Positions 29,161 to 42,957 of a stretch of 64,000 nt of DNA are shown here, piece after piece. A program made the translations under genes and the position numbers. The notes beneath the pieces are model-generated. The model saw nothing but the letters and a program-made list of their open reading frames with translations, was not told where the DNA came from and ran no database searches. The first letter of the stretch is position 1, and each line of letters starts with the position of its first letter. The DNA is from Octopus vulgaris (lineage: Eukaryota), in the NCBI GenBank assembly GCA_951406725.2, contig OX597817.1, positions 41,230,001 to 41,294,000 on the forward strand. Reading direction: 5' to 3'.

Positions 29161-29557
29161 GTTTCAAATTTTGCCACAAACACAGCAATTTTGTGGGAGG
29201 GGATGAGTTGATTACATTGACTCCAGTACTCAACTGGTACTTGATTTATCGACCCCAAAAGGATGAAAGGCAAAGTTGCCCTTGGTGGAATTTGAACTAA
29301 GAGCGTAGAGACTGGTGAAATACCTATTTCTTTACTACCCACAAGGGGCTAAACACAGAAGGGACAACCAAGGACAGACAAATGGATTAAGTTGATTATA
29401 TCGACCCCAGTGTGTAACTGGTACTTATTTAATCGATCCCGAAAGGATGAAAGGCAAAGTCGACCTCGGCGGAATTTGAACTCACAATGTAACGGCAGAC
29501 GAAATACTGCTAAGCATTTCATCCGGCGTGCTAACGATTCTGCCAGCTCGCCGCCTT
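29160..29557 (-). mobile_element. SINE family B, dimeric
   Basis: Two central domains in tandem, followed by an (ATT)n tail at 29098-29159. Confidence 0.85.
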
Positions 29558-29899
29558 AATAATAATAATAATTATATAACAACATACATTCCATTTGCCC
29601 ATCTTGTCTGCTTTAAGCATTAATAATCACAGTTTCTAATCATCATCTAAATAAAGTCACATTAACAAAAATCTTTAATTAAAAGAAAAGGAAGGGAGTG
29701 TAAATAATACAGAGACTCTACTGAACAGTAGAGATTCAGTTGCATGAATTTATTAATTAAAAACAAACTTCATTATATTTTTATCTAATTGATTCTGGGA
29801 GTCATTAAATTTACTGGTTGTTGAAGTAAACATGCAATTCTTGTTTTAATGAAATGGCAATGGTCATAGAATGATACAAGAATAATTTCATATGTACGC

Positions 29900-30299
29900 T
29901 TTTACTCTTTTAGCTGTTTCAGTCATTTGACTGCGGCCATGCTGGAGCACCGCCTTTAGTCGAGAAAATTGATCCCAGGACTTATTCTTTGTAAGCCTAG
30001 TACTTATTCTAGCCATCTCTTTTGCTGAACTGCTAAGTTACGAAGACGTAAACCAGCATCAGTTGTCAAGTGAAGTTGGGAGGACAAACAGACACTCAAA
30101 CATACAAACACACACACACACATATATACATATATACGACAGGCTTCTTTCAGTTTCTGTCTACCAAATCCACTCACAAGGCTTTGGTCGGCCCGAGGCT
30201 ATAATAGAAGACCCTTGCCCAAGGTGCCATGCAATGGGCTGAACCTGGAACCATGTGGTTGGTAAGCAAGCTACTTACCACACAGCCAATCCTACACCT
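29900..30299 (-). mobile_element. SINE family A (full length)
   Basis: Reverse complement of 4659-5061. Confidence 0.9.
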
Positions 30300-30339
30300 A
30301 TGTATTTAATATTTTCAACTTTAAAATGAAAGTGTTGAG

Positions 30340-30750
30340 CTAGCAGTATTGTTAGCATGTTGAGCAAAATGCTTAGTGATCTTTTGTTTGTAATTATGTT
30401 CTGAGTTGAAATCCTGTTGAGGGTCACTCTGCCTTTCAACTTTTTAGGATCGTTAAAATAAAACACCAATAAAATATTGGATCAAGGGTATTGTCTAATT
30501 CCCATCCCTTTAAAATTGCTAGTATGAGGCCTAAATCAGAAATTATTATTAAGGTGGTGAACTGGCAGAATCATTAACACACTAGGCAAAATGCTTAGCA
30601 GCATTTCGTCCATTTTTAGGTTCTGAGTTCAACTTTGACATTCATCTTTTCAGGGTCAATAAAATAAGTACCAGTTGAGCACTGGGGATGATATAATCAA
30701 CCAATCACTTCCCCCAAAAACCGCTGGCCTCGTGCCAAAAATTTGAAACT
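30340..30750 (+). mobile_element. Two tandem family B SINEs
   Basis: Heads are at about 30340 and 30552, with gttctgagtt(c/g)aa B boxes. Confidence 0.7.
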
Positions 30751-30792
30751 AAATTTTTCAACTAAATTTTTTTTGTTTCCACATCAAATGTG

Positions 30793-31030
30793 CAGGGTGG
30801 TCCAAAAGTCTTGTCACCACCTGTAAATATTGTTTTAATTTTCTATTATCAAGGAGACAGTTTCACAAGAGCGATACCAGAATACCCAACAGCTGAAGGA
30901 CACTGCTTCGGCAGCCTTTGCAACAATCACAAAAGCACAGCTTCGTAAAATATCACACAGGACATGGCACCACATTATTTTGTGCCACAAAAATGATGGT
31001 GTTTGTACAGACTTTCTCAATGTGTAACAG
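30793..31030 (+). mobile_element. Internally deleted Tc1/mariner (rosa-like) element
   Basis: It starts with the TIR-like cagggtggtccaaaagtc. The frame IKETVSQERYQNTQQLKDTASAAFATITKAQLRKISHRTWHHIILCHKNDG resembles a Tc1/rosa transposase C-terminus. Confidence 0.55.
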
Positions 31031-31056
31031 TGTCAGTGTCAATGAAAGTGTATATA

Positions 31057-31405
31057 TTGGGTTGTCTGGAAAGTTCGTGTTGATTTTTAAAGGTAAGAAA
31101 AAGGTCAGTAAATACTTGCCATTACATTTTTAATCAACCAAATATGAACCATTTTGTTGCACAATGCATCTCCATCTTTCCTTTAACTTGAAAATACCCT
31201 CTTCCCAGAATTGAGGTGGTTTCATGGCAAAGAATTCATCAAGGTATCTTTTTACATCATCCAAGGAACTGAAATTTTTACCATTAAGACTATTCTGCAG
31301 AGACCTGAATAAGTGGAAATCTGAGGGAGCAATATCTGGTGAATATGGAGGGTGGAGTAACACATCCCAGCCAAGCTGCAGCAATTTTTGTCTGGTTCCC
31401 AAAGC
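31057..31405 (-). mobile_element. Mariner (DD34D) transposon 3' fragment with transposase C-terminus and TIR
   Basis: ORF 31130-31402 reads LGWDVLLHPPYSPDIAPSDFHLFRSLQNSL...GIFKLKERW...NGSY, which contains the mariner YSPDLAP-D motif. A TA is followed by the TIR ttgggttgtctggaaagttcg at 31057. Confidence 0.92.
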
Positions 31406-31629
31406 ATCAAGTGCCGAAAGTGAACTTTCTTATCTTCTGTTTTAAAGGGTTACATAATTATGGAAGCCAGTCATATGTGTGCGTGTGTCTGGGGGCTCTG
31501 TGTTTGTCACCTAACACTTCTTGACAACTGATGTTGGTTTGTTTATGTTCCAGTAATCTAGCAATTCATAAAAAGAGAGTTATAGAATAAATACCATACC
31601 CAGCATGGCAGCAATCCAATGACTGAAAT

Positions 31630-32025
31630 TGCTAGTGGTAAGAAGCTAGCTTCCCAATCACATGGTTCTGAGTTCAGTCCCACTGCTTGGCACCTTGGGC
31701 AAATGTCTTCTACTATAACCTTGGGCCAACCAAAACCTCGTGAGTGGATTTGGTAGATGGAAACTGACAGAAGCCCATCATATATATATATATATATGTG
31801 TGTATATATATATTTATGTGTGTGTATCTGTGTTTGTCCCCACACCATCGCTTGACAACTGATGTTGGTGTGTTTATATCCCCTGTAACTTAGCAGTTTG
31901 GCAAAAGAAATCAGTAGAATAAGTACTAGGCTTACAAAGATTAAGCCCTGGGGTTGATTTCTTCAACTAAAACCCATTAAGGGTGGTGCTCCAGAATAGG
32001 CACAGTCAAATGACTGAAACAAGTA
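31630..32025 (+). mobile_element. SINE family A
   Basis: Colinear with 4659-5061. An additional partial copy precedes it at about 31460-31628. Confidence 0.85.
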
Positions 32026-32104
32026 CTCCACCCATTTTAATAGGGACTCTAAAAAAGATTACTGAAATTTCTTCAATTTCTGCAATTTCAGTTAACTGAT
32101 GTCT

Positions 32105-32646
32105 GGATTGGATTAGATTGCCCATGCTCAGTCCCCTGCAGGATGAAGGCCTCAGTGTATTCTCTCTACTAATCATGGTCAGCTGTGGAGGCTGTGAATT
32201 TCAGCTTGAGATAATACTGGTTTGATGAGTCTACTCTGCCACACTGGCACAACATGGATTGGCAGAGGAGAGCAGTTTTTATACTCTTACTCAGGAGTAG
32301 TTAAGTTGATTACATCAACCCCAGTGCACAACTGGTACTTATTTTATCAACCCTGAAAGGATAAAAGGCAACACCAGCCTTGGAGGAATTTGAACTCAGA
32401 ACATAAGGACAGATGAAATACCTATTTCTTTACTACCCACAAGGGGCTAAACACAGAGAGAACAAACAAGGACAGACAAACGGATTAAGTCGATTATATC
32501 GACCCCAGTGCGTAACTGGTACTAATTAAATCGACCCTGAAAGGATGAAAGGCAAAGTCGACCTCGGTGGAATTTGAACTCAGAACGTAGCAGCAGACGA
32601 AATACCACTAAGCATTTTGCCTGGTGTGCTAATGATTCTGCCAGCT
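32105..32646 (-). mobile_element. SINE family B, dimeric, with an alternative 3' body
   Basis: Two central domains are present. The 3' body 32105-32300 is homologous to 14918-15100. Confidence 0.8.
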
Positions 32647-34315
32647 GATGTTAAAGAAGGTAAGGAAAAAAAAAAAAAATCTTATCAAGACAAAATTTTT
32701 CTGATAAAATACCCTATCTTCTAAGTCTCGAAGTTGATTACTGGTTCAAACACTGATTTTTATAACAGGATAACATTAAATAAAGAGACAGCTATTAGTT
32801 TAGTCACTGATCTAAGTTCTTTTTTTTTTAAGTAATCCCTATAGGATTCTTTCTATAAAAATATAAAAAAAGGATCCCAACATTAATAGTTGTAAGCACT
32901 GAATCAATGGGAATTGAACAAATACAAATGAATCAATAAAATACCAGCTGTGAATTCTTTGATTTCTAAAAACTAAAAGAAATCCAACATGCAACAAGGC
33001 AATTTTGAGCCATTAAAATTCCAGAAGGAAATTTTATTTTTTCTGAAATATTTTTCTATTCATCATTATGATTTTTTCTTTCTTTTTTGTTTCTTTTAGA
33101 AATAAATATCAGATGAGCTATTTTTGTTTTAGCCAATTTGTTTTGTCGAAGTTCACAGGAAATGCTAAGAAATCTATTGGAATATTTTTTATGATTTTTA
33201 AAAATTCTTTTATATAAAATTATTCCAAGAAACTGTATACTTAATTTAATTCTACAGTTGTTTCTTTGAAGTAACGTGTGAAGAATAAAGTGTAAGGGTT
33301 AGATTTTAGGAGAGACATACTGACAAATTCTTGAGCGAAATTCAAAATAAAAATAGGATATAGACACACACACACAATTTATGACTATCATTATATCTAA
33401 TTTCCAAATAACAAATAAATAATGTAACTAAAACACAAGTGAAATCCTTTCAAATACAACAATTGTTTGGGTTTTAGCAACAGGATTTTCATCATTGGGA
33501 GAATTTGATGTTAAGCAAAACTAAAATCTTTAGTTATAATGAAGTGAACCCAATCCTCTCATGGTTTACAGAATACAATAAGGTCACACACACACCTGGA
33601 GATGTTAAGTCTATCTATGATGCAGGCACATGTGTGGGTATTATTTAATTCAAAAACATATTCTAAATTTGATGCTTATGAATCTCTCCTAGCTACTAAA
33701 GTATCTAATGACCTAAGAATGTATGTTTATGTGTGTGTGTGTGTGTGTGTGTGCATGCACATGCACATATACACATGTAGCCATTTATTTAAATATGTAG
33801 CTATATGTAATATACATTAAAGGGAAAGAGCGGAATCCGAGGAAAGAAGTGGTATCTGTATCATGGAAATATTCCTGCTGCTGCAGTGTCCTGCATGAGC
33901 TATCAAGCCAGCCTGTTTTTGACTTCACACTAAACTTATTCCAGTTTGTATAGTTTGTATAACATATTTAGGAGTAATTATCATTACTGTTGTTGTTGTT
34001 TTTTTTTTTTGTTATTCTTAATAGTTTTATGTTTTGCCTTTGCTGTAATTTGCATGAGCTGTACCCAAGTCTGGACAAGAGGTAGCAAGGGACAAGTTTT
34101 TTTTACATCAAAAGATGCAAACAAGTGAAGTGCCATGCATTTCAAAAGCTGATGTCTGTGTATATTTCTTCTTAAAAAAATTTTCAATTTATAAAATATT
34201 AATATCATCTTAATAGAGGAACATATTAAAAGAGAATTCCTGCAGTGGAAGTAAGCATCATCTCTAAGCATTAAAGCTGCAGCAGCACAGAGGATCACAA
34301 CGGTAAATTATTTCG

Positions 34316-34319
<4 letters not shown>

Positions 34320-34350
<31 letters not shown>

Positions 34351-34530
34351 TGTACAGTGCTCAGGTGCACTACAACTCATCTAAAGTGTATATATAATCA
34401 GGTGTAGTTTCGACGGATTTCGGGAAGCATGAGGGCCTTAAAGGATGCAGTGTCATGGCAGTCAACAACTGATGCAGGCAGTTTATTCCACGCTTCAGCA
34501 ACCCTGAGCGTGAAAAAATGTTTCCGAAAC
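34320..34530 (-). mobile_element. CR1/L2-group LINE 3' end
   Basis: It encodes FRKHFFTLRVAEAWNKLPASVVDCHDTASFKALMLPEIRRNYT* followed by an (ATT)n tail. It is related to 57686-58068. Confidence 0.85.
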
Positions 34531-34626
34531 ACACAAACACACAAACACACAACCTTTTCATTAAGTTGCTCAAATGCAAATCCCTCTATGAAAAGCAGAA
34601 GGATTTGCATCATAACACAACCCAAG

Positions 34627-34692
<66 letters not shown>

Positions 34693-35262
34693 AATATATA
34701 TATATGCAGTAGAAACACATGTTAAATAGAGTTTTAAACAGAATATATCATATATATGTGTGTAAGAAACAAGCTTTGCAGATGTACAATTCTCCATCCT
34801 TATTTTAACATCTTAAATATACACAGTATACTCTATAAAATCCAAAGAAGTGAACACAGAATTTTATCCACCGGGTGAAATAGTGTGTGATTGTTTACCT
34901 AAAGCAATTTCCTGCTGTTCCTTATCATTCAATGGGGATAGCCACAATCTGGATAATGTACCAGAGTGCTTGTAAGACACCTGCCTGTATTTCATACTGT
35001 ATCAAGTTAAAAAGATTCCTTAGATGGACAAAAGTGAAAAGAGTGTCCCCTACCCTGGGGTTCAAATCACATAGGTGACTGTTCATTTATTCCACATGAA
35101 AGGTTTTTCCATCCAAACTTATCAGCTGTTATTTAGAGTCACACCAAATGCATTTGAGCAACTTTGTAAAATGATTTGGGGGGGGGGAGGAGGAGATTTC
35201 TTGATACTTTGAAAAGTACAAATCATTACAACTAAAAGTACGTATATTCATACACAAACATG

Positions 35263-35478
35263 ATATATATATATATATATACATACACATACATACAGAT
35301 ATATATATACACACACATATACATATAGATATATATAAACATATACACACAGATATATATATATACACACACATATACAAAGAGATATATATACATATAC
35401 ACATATACATACAGATATATATATATACACATATACATACAGATATATATATATATGTATATACACACATATACATAC

Positions 35479-35513
<35 letters not shown>

Positions 35514-35690
35514 CACACATATATACATATACACATATACACATATACATACAGATATATATATATATATATATACATACATACATACACACATATATAC
35601 ATATATATATATACATACATACATACACACATATATACATATACACATATACACATATACATACAGATATATATATATATATATATACAT

Positions 35691-35733
<43 letters not shown>

Positions 35734-35735
35734 AG

Positions 35736-35766
<31 letters not shown>

Positions 35767-35833
35767 TACAGATATATATATATATATATATATAAATACA
35801 TACACATATATACATACATATATATATATATAA

Positions 35834-35867
<34 letters not shown>

Positions 35868-35869
35868 AA

Positions 35870-35903
<34 letters not shown>

Positions 35904-36031
35904 ACATACTTATATATACATATGTTTATATATACACATATATGTACATATATATATACATATGTATACATATGTACATATGTGTGAATATATATATACA
36001 TATATATGTGTATATATACACATACATATAT

Positions 36032-36080
<49 letters not shown>
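35263..36080. repeat. Compound (TA)n/(CATA)n microsatellite
   Basis: Seen directly. Similar tracts are at 22740-23100, 41515-42090 and 42600-42955. Confidence 0.95.
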
Positions 36081-36082
<2 letters not shown>

Positions 36083-36678
36083 AAAGTCAATGATTTGTAG
36101 AATGTTAGCATGTACATCACAGCATGTCATAACGGCTGACTAAACTAAAAGTGTTAGTTACAGGAAGTGTATTTCACTATAAACATGTTAAAAAAAAACT
36201 TTCCTCTATAAAAGGGACGAAATACAATACAAGTGTCATGGGCCCCACAAGTCTACCCACCTGATATCAGAAGGGGATACTACCTTAAAACATATGTCGC
36301 TGTTATTTACTGATTGTATATTGAGCAAAAATCACAACCTATCATTGCTTAATCAAAATTTCACAGAGATACAAGTGTCATATACATAAGATAATTACAC
36401 AAACACGTGACAATCTATTTATCTATGTATATATTATATATACAAACATGCATATACACACATTTATCTGCATATTTCATTAAATACATGGACTATGTGC
36501 AAGTTTTCTTCACCCTTCTATTTTAGATTTTTCATATTTTCTTATTGAAAAGTAAATTTGAAATAAAAGTTCAAAAGTTGAACTTGGTCATGCACATAAT
36601 AATGAACGATGCATAAAAGAAAAGCTGGTAGCACTTGCATGTGCAAGTTGTTTGCAAGATATATATATATATATATGT

Positions 36679-36712
<34 letters not shown>

Positions 36713-39149
36713 GTAAATGTAAAAAAAATATATAGTGTATGTAGTGTCACTATATATACAAATCTGAGATGTGCATGGTTTTTATACATTTATATACAAT
36801 TGTAATTTAGTTGAATTTAATTAGCAATTCAAGACATGAAATGCTACATCTCGTTTTATAGGTACAGTGTACAGTAATAAAGTTTTTTTTTCAGTGATAT
36901 ATCAACAACCTGGACACACCCATAAATATATCAAAGCATGCACAATATAGGGGTGTATGCATGTTAAGATTCAACATAGCATATCTCAACTCATTTAAGT
37001 GCTCAATGTGTACTTATAAACAGCTATCAATTACTCAGGACTAACAAACAAAATACATATTAAATATATATGCACACATGAACTCATACAGTTTTGGCTA
37101 AATATAATGATAGTAGATATATATAATACAAACACAAACACACACAAATTGTATGTGTAATTTTAGATAATTTCCATCACAATACTCAAAGATTCCAGCA
37201 TGAATACAATCAGTCCTGAGATTAAAAGAGAGAACTCCAGGACAGTTGGATTTTGTAGTACACACACACACACACATTGTTTTCTAGGTATATATAGTGT
37301 ACAGCATTAAAGTTTTTTTTTGTCAGATATCACTCTCTCTACATATACACACAAACACAGACATATATACATGCTCAACCATACAGGTTGCCTATATTTG
37401 TTATACAATTAAAATACGTAAACAGTTGAAATAATATAACATTAGAAGTCTGTACTTCACAAGTTCCTTCTGATTTGAAATGGAGTATATATATATAAAA
37501 AAAAAAAAGAAGCAAACCCTAGTACATTTCAATGATTATTTTTAAAAAAATGTGAATCTAGTACTTTTTTTTTTAAAACTAACACATTATATTAGCAGAC
37601 AGAAATTTTATAGAAACAATTGTTCCAATACAAAAACATTTCTTTTACGAGTTTTGTTGTTTAAAATTCTTTACACAAATCAACAGGTCGTTTGCATCCA
37701 AACTTATTTTCTTTTCCAAGTTTATCAGGGTTAATTAATAATTAATACAGCAGTATGAACAAAAATGTAATTAAACACTATGAAAAGAATCCTATATAAT
37801 ATATATATATGTACATATAGTTAAGGCTTTGAAAAAAAAATACTTACTTGAAGTTATAATTGAAACCCATAATGAGAAGAATGTGCTAATAACCATTTTG
37901 GCCAAATGGAGGAGAGAAAGATAGAGAGGGAGAGAGGAAAAATAAAAATAAAAAAAAAGGAGGGGGGTTGGTGAAACCTTGATGCACAGATGTAAATAGC
38001 AAGGGATCATGAAGGTGTAATAATGGTGTAAGGGGATGAGTAGGGGCAGGATAGGGGGACGGGTGGGGGCGGGTCAGGTTTGCGATCACAATGGAGAGGA
38101 GGCAGGATTATGGAGGACCGTCGGCGGTTTATTATGACAACAGAGAATGGACGCAATAAGGAATCGCAGCGTGAGAGACATGGAAAGAAGAGGAAGAAGT
38201 GCAGAAGATTCTGCAGATGCAGGTGCACGGAGATGCTTCATAATTCATCCCTTATCGAATGAGCGCATGAGGCTAGTAGCAAAATCCATTTGTTACTTAG
38301 AAAAAAAAGTTATACATACACATGCACACAAACATATGTATGCATATGTATATGTGTGTATATATGAATGATGCTGGTGACAAAAAAAGCTGTAAAGCAG
38401 ATGCTGGGAATGACAAAGAAGCTGTTGGCATATGCAGCGGTATTACAGAAGATTGTAAACAAAGCTAACAATACCAGCAGAGGTTTTGTAAAGGAGGAAG
38501 AGGGAGATGCTACTGGTTAACTACATACAGGTTGGTGAGTGATGCCAGAGATTGATAGCATACAAAGGCAGAGAGAGAGATAGAGAGAGATAGATAGAGA
38601 GAGAGAGATACAGAGGGAGGGAGAGAGAGAGGTGCACTGCTGTGTCTCTTTCTCTTTCCAAGCCTCCATCTCCCCCACCGCACTGACTTTCATTTCAGCC
38701 CAACTGAAGAATACAAGCTTCACACAATGACGATGGGATCTTCTGGTAAAGTTTGCGGCCCTGTTAGAACAACAGCCTGCCACCAACCAGCATGGATGGA
38801 AGCACCGGAGTAAAGCTATGTCTGTATTTCAGTGGCAGTAGTGGTGGTGGTGGTGGAGGTGGGGGGGAAGGGATATCCTATCGATTACATCAATTAAAGA
38901 ATACTACTGACAATAAAGATAGATTGGACCATGGAGCTGGTGTTGATGTTGGTGCTGGCGTCGTTGTTGTTGTTGGTGGTGGGGTTGGTGGTAGTGGTTT
39001 TTGTGGTGGTGGTAGTGGTGTTGATGCTGCTGATATAGACAATGTTGTCTGTATGGAAACCAAACAGATATCTCAGCATAGAAATTAATTTATATTGACA
39101 GGGACATATCAGAGATGTGAAGGAAATGGAAGAGTTAAAAATAATAAAA

Positions 39150-39595
39150 GGAGGAAGAGAAGGAGAGAGAGAAAAAGAGAGTGATATGAGGAAAAGTAGA
39201 AAGGGAGAGCAGAGAGGGAATGAAAACGGAGAGAGAGATAAAGCAGAGCAAGAGAGAGAGGAGAGAAAGGAGAGAGTAGTGAGAGAGAGAGAGAGCAGAG
39301 AAAAGAGAAAGAGAGGGGGAGAGAGAGCAGAGAGAGAGAACAGAGAGAGAGAGAGAGAGAGAGAGAGAACAGAGAGAGAGAGAGAGAGGAGAGAGCAGAG
39401 AGAGAGAAAGAGAGCAGAGAGAGAGAGAGCAGAGAGAGATAACAAAGAGAAAGAGAGGAGAGAGAGAGAGTGAGATAGAGAGCAGAGAGAGAGGAGAGAG
39501 AGAAAGCAGAGAGAGAGAGATCAGAGAGAGAGAGAGATCAGAGAGAGAACAGAGAGAGAGGAGAAAGAGAAAGCAGAGAGAGAGAGAGAGAGAGT
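39150..39595. repeat. Degenerate (GA)n polypurine tract
   Basis: Seen directly. Others are at 44658-44720, 49940-50044 and 62990-63125. Confidence 0.95.
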
Positions 39596-40004
39596 GGTCA
39601 AATATAGCAAGATACTAATTTTTGCAAAATGGAAATAATTATTAAATGGTGACAAATGTTAGAGGCTTTAAGTAGAAGAGCTTGTAAGAATAACTCTAAA
39701 ACTAGGAACATTTAATAATCTAGAATACAAAAGGTGCAAATTTATTTGCTTCTCTCTTACAACCTATATTACTATAAAGAGAGAGAAAGAGAGCAAGGAG
39801 AGAGAGAGAGAAGGAAGGAGAGAGAGAAAGAGAGCGTCTATATACTCAACTTCCTTACTTCCTTGGAGTGACTAGATATTGACACTGCTAGTATATGTGT
39901 AAGAACACACATAGACACACACACACAAGCAAGCATGCAAACACACCTATGTATTCCTGTATAAATATGAATAGCTGGTCTCTCTCTCTCGCTCTCTCTT
40001 TCTA

Positions 40005-40052
<48 letters not shown>

Positions 40053-40207
40053 CGTGTGCACATCTGTGAAAGTGCCTGCAACAGATTATAAAGCATCTAT
40101 ATAGACAAATAGCAAATAGAAAAGAATGAAAGAGAGAAAGAAGTGACCACGTTATTTTTTTGTCTTCCTTTATATTTGTTTATATCTATCTATATATATA
40201 TGTGTGT

Positions 40208-40273
<66 letters not shown>

Positions 40274-40461
40274 CGTTTGCTTAACTGCATTTCACACTAG
40301 CTTGAAAATCAGGATTGTATATGTTTGCATGTATATATAGGTGTGTGCGTATCTCTCTCTATATATACACACACACACATATATATATATATATATTTGG
40401 CAGTGCCCCAGCATGGCCACAGCTCATGAGCTGAAGCTAGATCAAATCAAATCAATCATTC

Positions 40462-40492
<31 letters not shown>

Positions 40493-40818
40493 TACACATA
40501 TATATAGTGTGCGTATATATATATATATATATATATATGATTGATTTGATTTGATCTAGTTTCAGCTCGTGAGCTGTGGCCATGTTGGGTCACCATATAT
40601 ATATATATATATATATATATACGTGCACACAACAAACAATCAGGTAGACAGACATAGATAGAAAGACAGAGAGTGCAATTATGTGAGAATGCACTCAATA
40701 CTATCATGGAGAGTGGAATAAAAACCTGAGTCAGCATTAACCAGGTAACCCACAACTGGGAATGAGAAATTGATTAGTGACTCACATTGACTCAACTTTG
40801 AACAAACAACAGTTTATA

Positions 40819-40849
<31 letters not shown>

Positions 40850-41037
40850 TACATATGCATGTGTGTGTGCACATGCATACATGAGTATATAAAAGCACAG
40901 TAATTATAACTCAAATATTTCTTTATTAGCTCCAAGGGCCCCACCATTTTAAGTTAATGAAGACCAAATATGTGAAATCAGCAAAACCCTATTCCTTTAT
41001 CCAAATGATGTATATTTGTGTTTGTGCATGTGTATAC

Positions 41038-41082
<45 letters not shown>

Positions 41083-41083
<1 letters not shown>

Positions 41084-41512
41084 CATCATCATCATCGATT
41101 AACGTCTGTTTTCCATGCTAGCGTGGGTTGGAAGGTTTGACTGAAGTCTGGAGAGCCAGCAGCTGCACCAGGCTCCAATCTGATCTGGCAGAGTTTCTAC
41201 AGCTGGACGCCCTTCCTAAAGTCAACCACTCCGAGAGTGTAGTGGGGGCTTTTACGTGCCACTGGCACAGGAGCCAGTCAGGTAGTACTGGTTTGGTTAT
41301 GATCAGTTGGTGCTTTTTACATGCCACCAGCACCGGAGCCAGTAAGGCAGGCTTTGGCAATGAACACATTCGGATGGTGCTTTTTACATGCCACCAGCAC
41401 CGGAGCCAGTAAGGCAGGCTTTGGCAATGAACACATTGGGATGGTGCTTTTTACATGCCACCAGCAACGGAGCCAGTAAAGTGGGCCTGGCAACAAACAC
41501 ATTCGGATGGTG
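41083..41512 (-). mobile_element. Family C repeat (RTE 3' UTR-type) with internal ~69-bp tandem units
   Basis: It has a (CAT)n tail and the core gcccttcct...caaccactccgagagtgtagtggg. Repeated tgctttttacatgccaccagca units are present. Confidence 0.85.
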
Positions 41513-41935
41513 TGTTTTATACATATATGTATGTGTGTGTATGTGTATATATATATAATATATATATTCATACTTGTATACATACATACATACATATATT
41601 ATATATGTATACATACATATATATACATACATACGTGTGTAAATATATATGCATATATATATACATATATATACATGTATATATATACATATATATATAC
41701 ATGATTGATTGATTCTAGTTTCAGCTCACGAGCTGTGGCCATGTTGGGGCACCGCCATTTGTATACATATATATGCATATATATATACATGTATAGATAT
41801 ATATGCATATATATACATGTATACATAGATATGAATATATATATATATACATATATATATATACATGTATATATATATATACATGTATACATATATATGC
41901 ATATATATCTACACACACATATATATATAAATACA

Positions 41936-41983
<48 letters not shown>

Positions 41984-42011
41984 CACACATATATATATAT
42001 ACACACACATG

Positions 42012-42050
<39 letters not shown>

Positions 42051-42626
42051 ATATATACATACATCTATATATATATTATATATGCATATAAGTTAGCATT
42101 GGTTCTATAAATATTTGCAAGGAATTAATTGTTCGCTTCAATATTTCATTTAAAACTGCAATAATTGACTGTATCATAGATTTAAAGTTGACCAGGCATA
42201 TCTATAACGTTTCTCCTTTATTAAAAGGAAAGAATGTTAGTGGCTGCTTGGAAGTGGCTGTGTAGAGGAACTTTGCATTGTATAGTGAACTGCTTATTTA
42301 CATTAAGAAAATGAAGAGTTAATTGTTTCACCCGCTTTCAGCTAGGCAAGCTGTTATGTCTCATTAAATCACTGTAGTTTTTAAACAGACAAGAGGAAAG
42401 ATTGCTTAAGCTCTAAGCTCTCCTCGTCTTTATACATAACTTCTCTCAGTGGAACTGATACTGATTCTCTTTTTCCAGAATGATATCTTTTGTTTAAGAA
42501 TTCAAAATCATTTCTCTGGCAGAATACAAGCTGAATAATTGTGTGAAATATCTGTAATATTTTATACATGTATACTTTAGTATTTATCTATCTAGCCATG
42601 TGTGCGTGTGTATGTATGTATATGCA

Positions 42627-42672
<46 letters not shown>

Positions 42673-42746
42673 TACATATATATATATATATACATACATA
42701 TATATATATACACATATACATACATATATATATATACATACATATA

Positions 42747-42786
<40 letters not shown>

Positions 42787-42814
42787 CATACATATATATA
42801 TACATACATATATA

Positions 42815-42848
<34 letters not shown>

Positions 42849-42922
42849 CATACATACATATATATATATACATACATATACATACATACATATACATACA
42901 TACACATACATACATACATACA

Positions 42923-42955
<33 letters not shown>

Positions 42956-42957
42956 CT

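Noticed and set aside
35129-36130. 333-aa and overlapping IY/VC/HT-rich ORFs (also 22567-23213 and 41384-43024)
   Set aside because: These are translations of (TA)n/(CATA)n microsatellites that are open in several frames, so they are not genes.
38894-39473. LS-rich and ER-rich ORFs
   Set aside because: Artefacts of (GA)n tracts.
41310-41512. Regularly spaced repeats resembling a CRISPR array
   Set aside because: The units are near-identical tandem duplications inside a eukaryotic retroposon, with no unique spacers and no cas genes.
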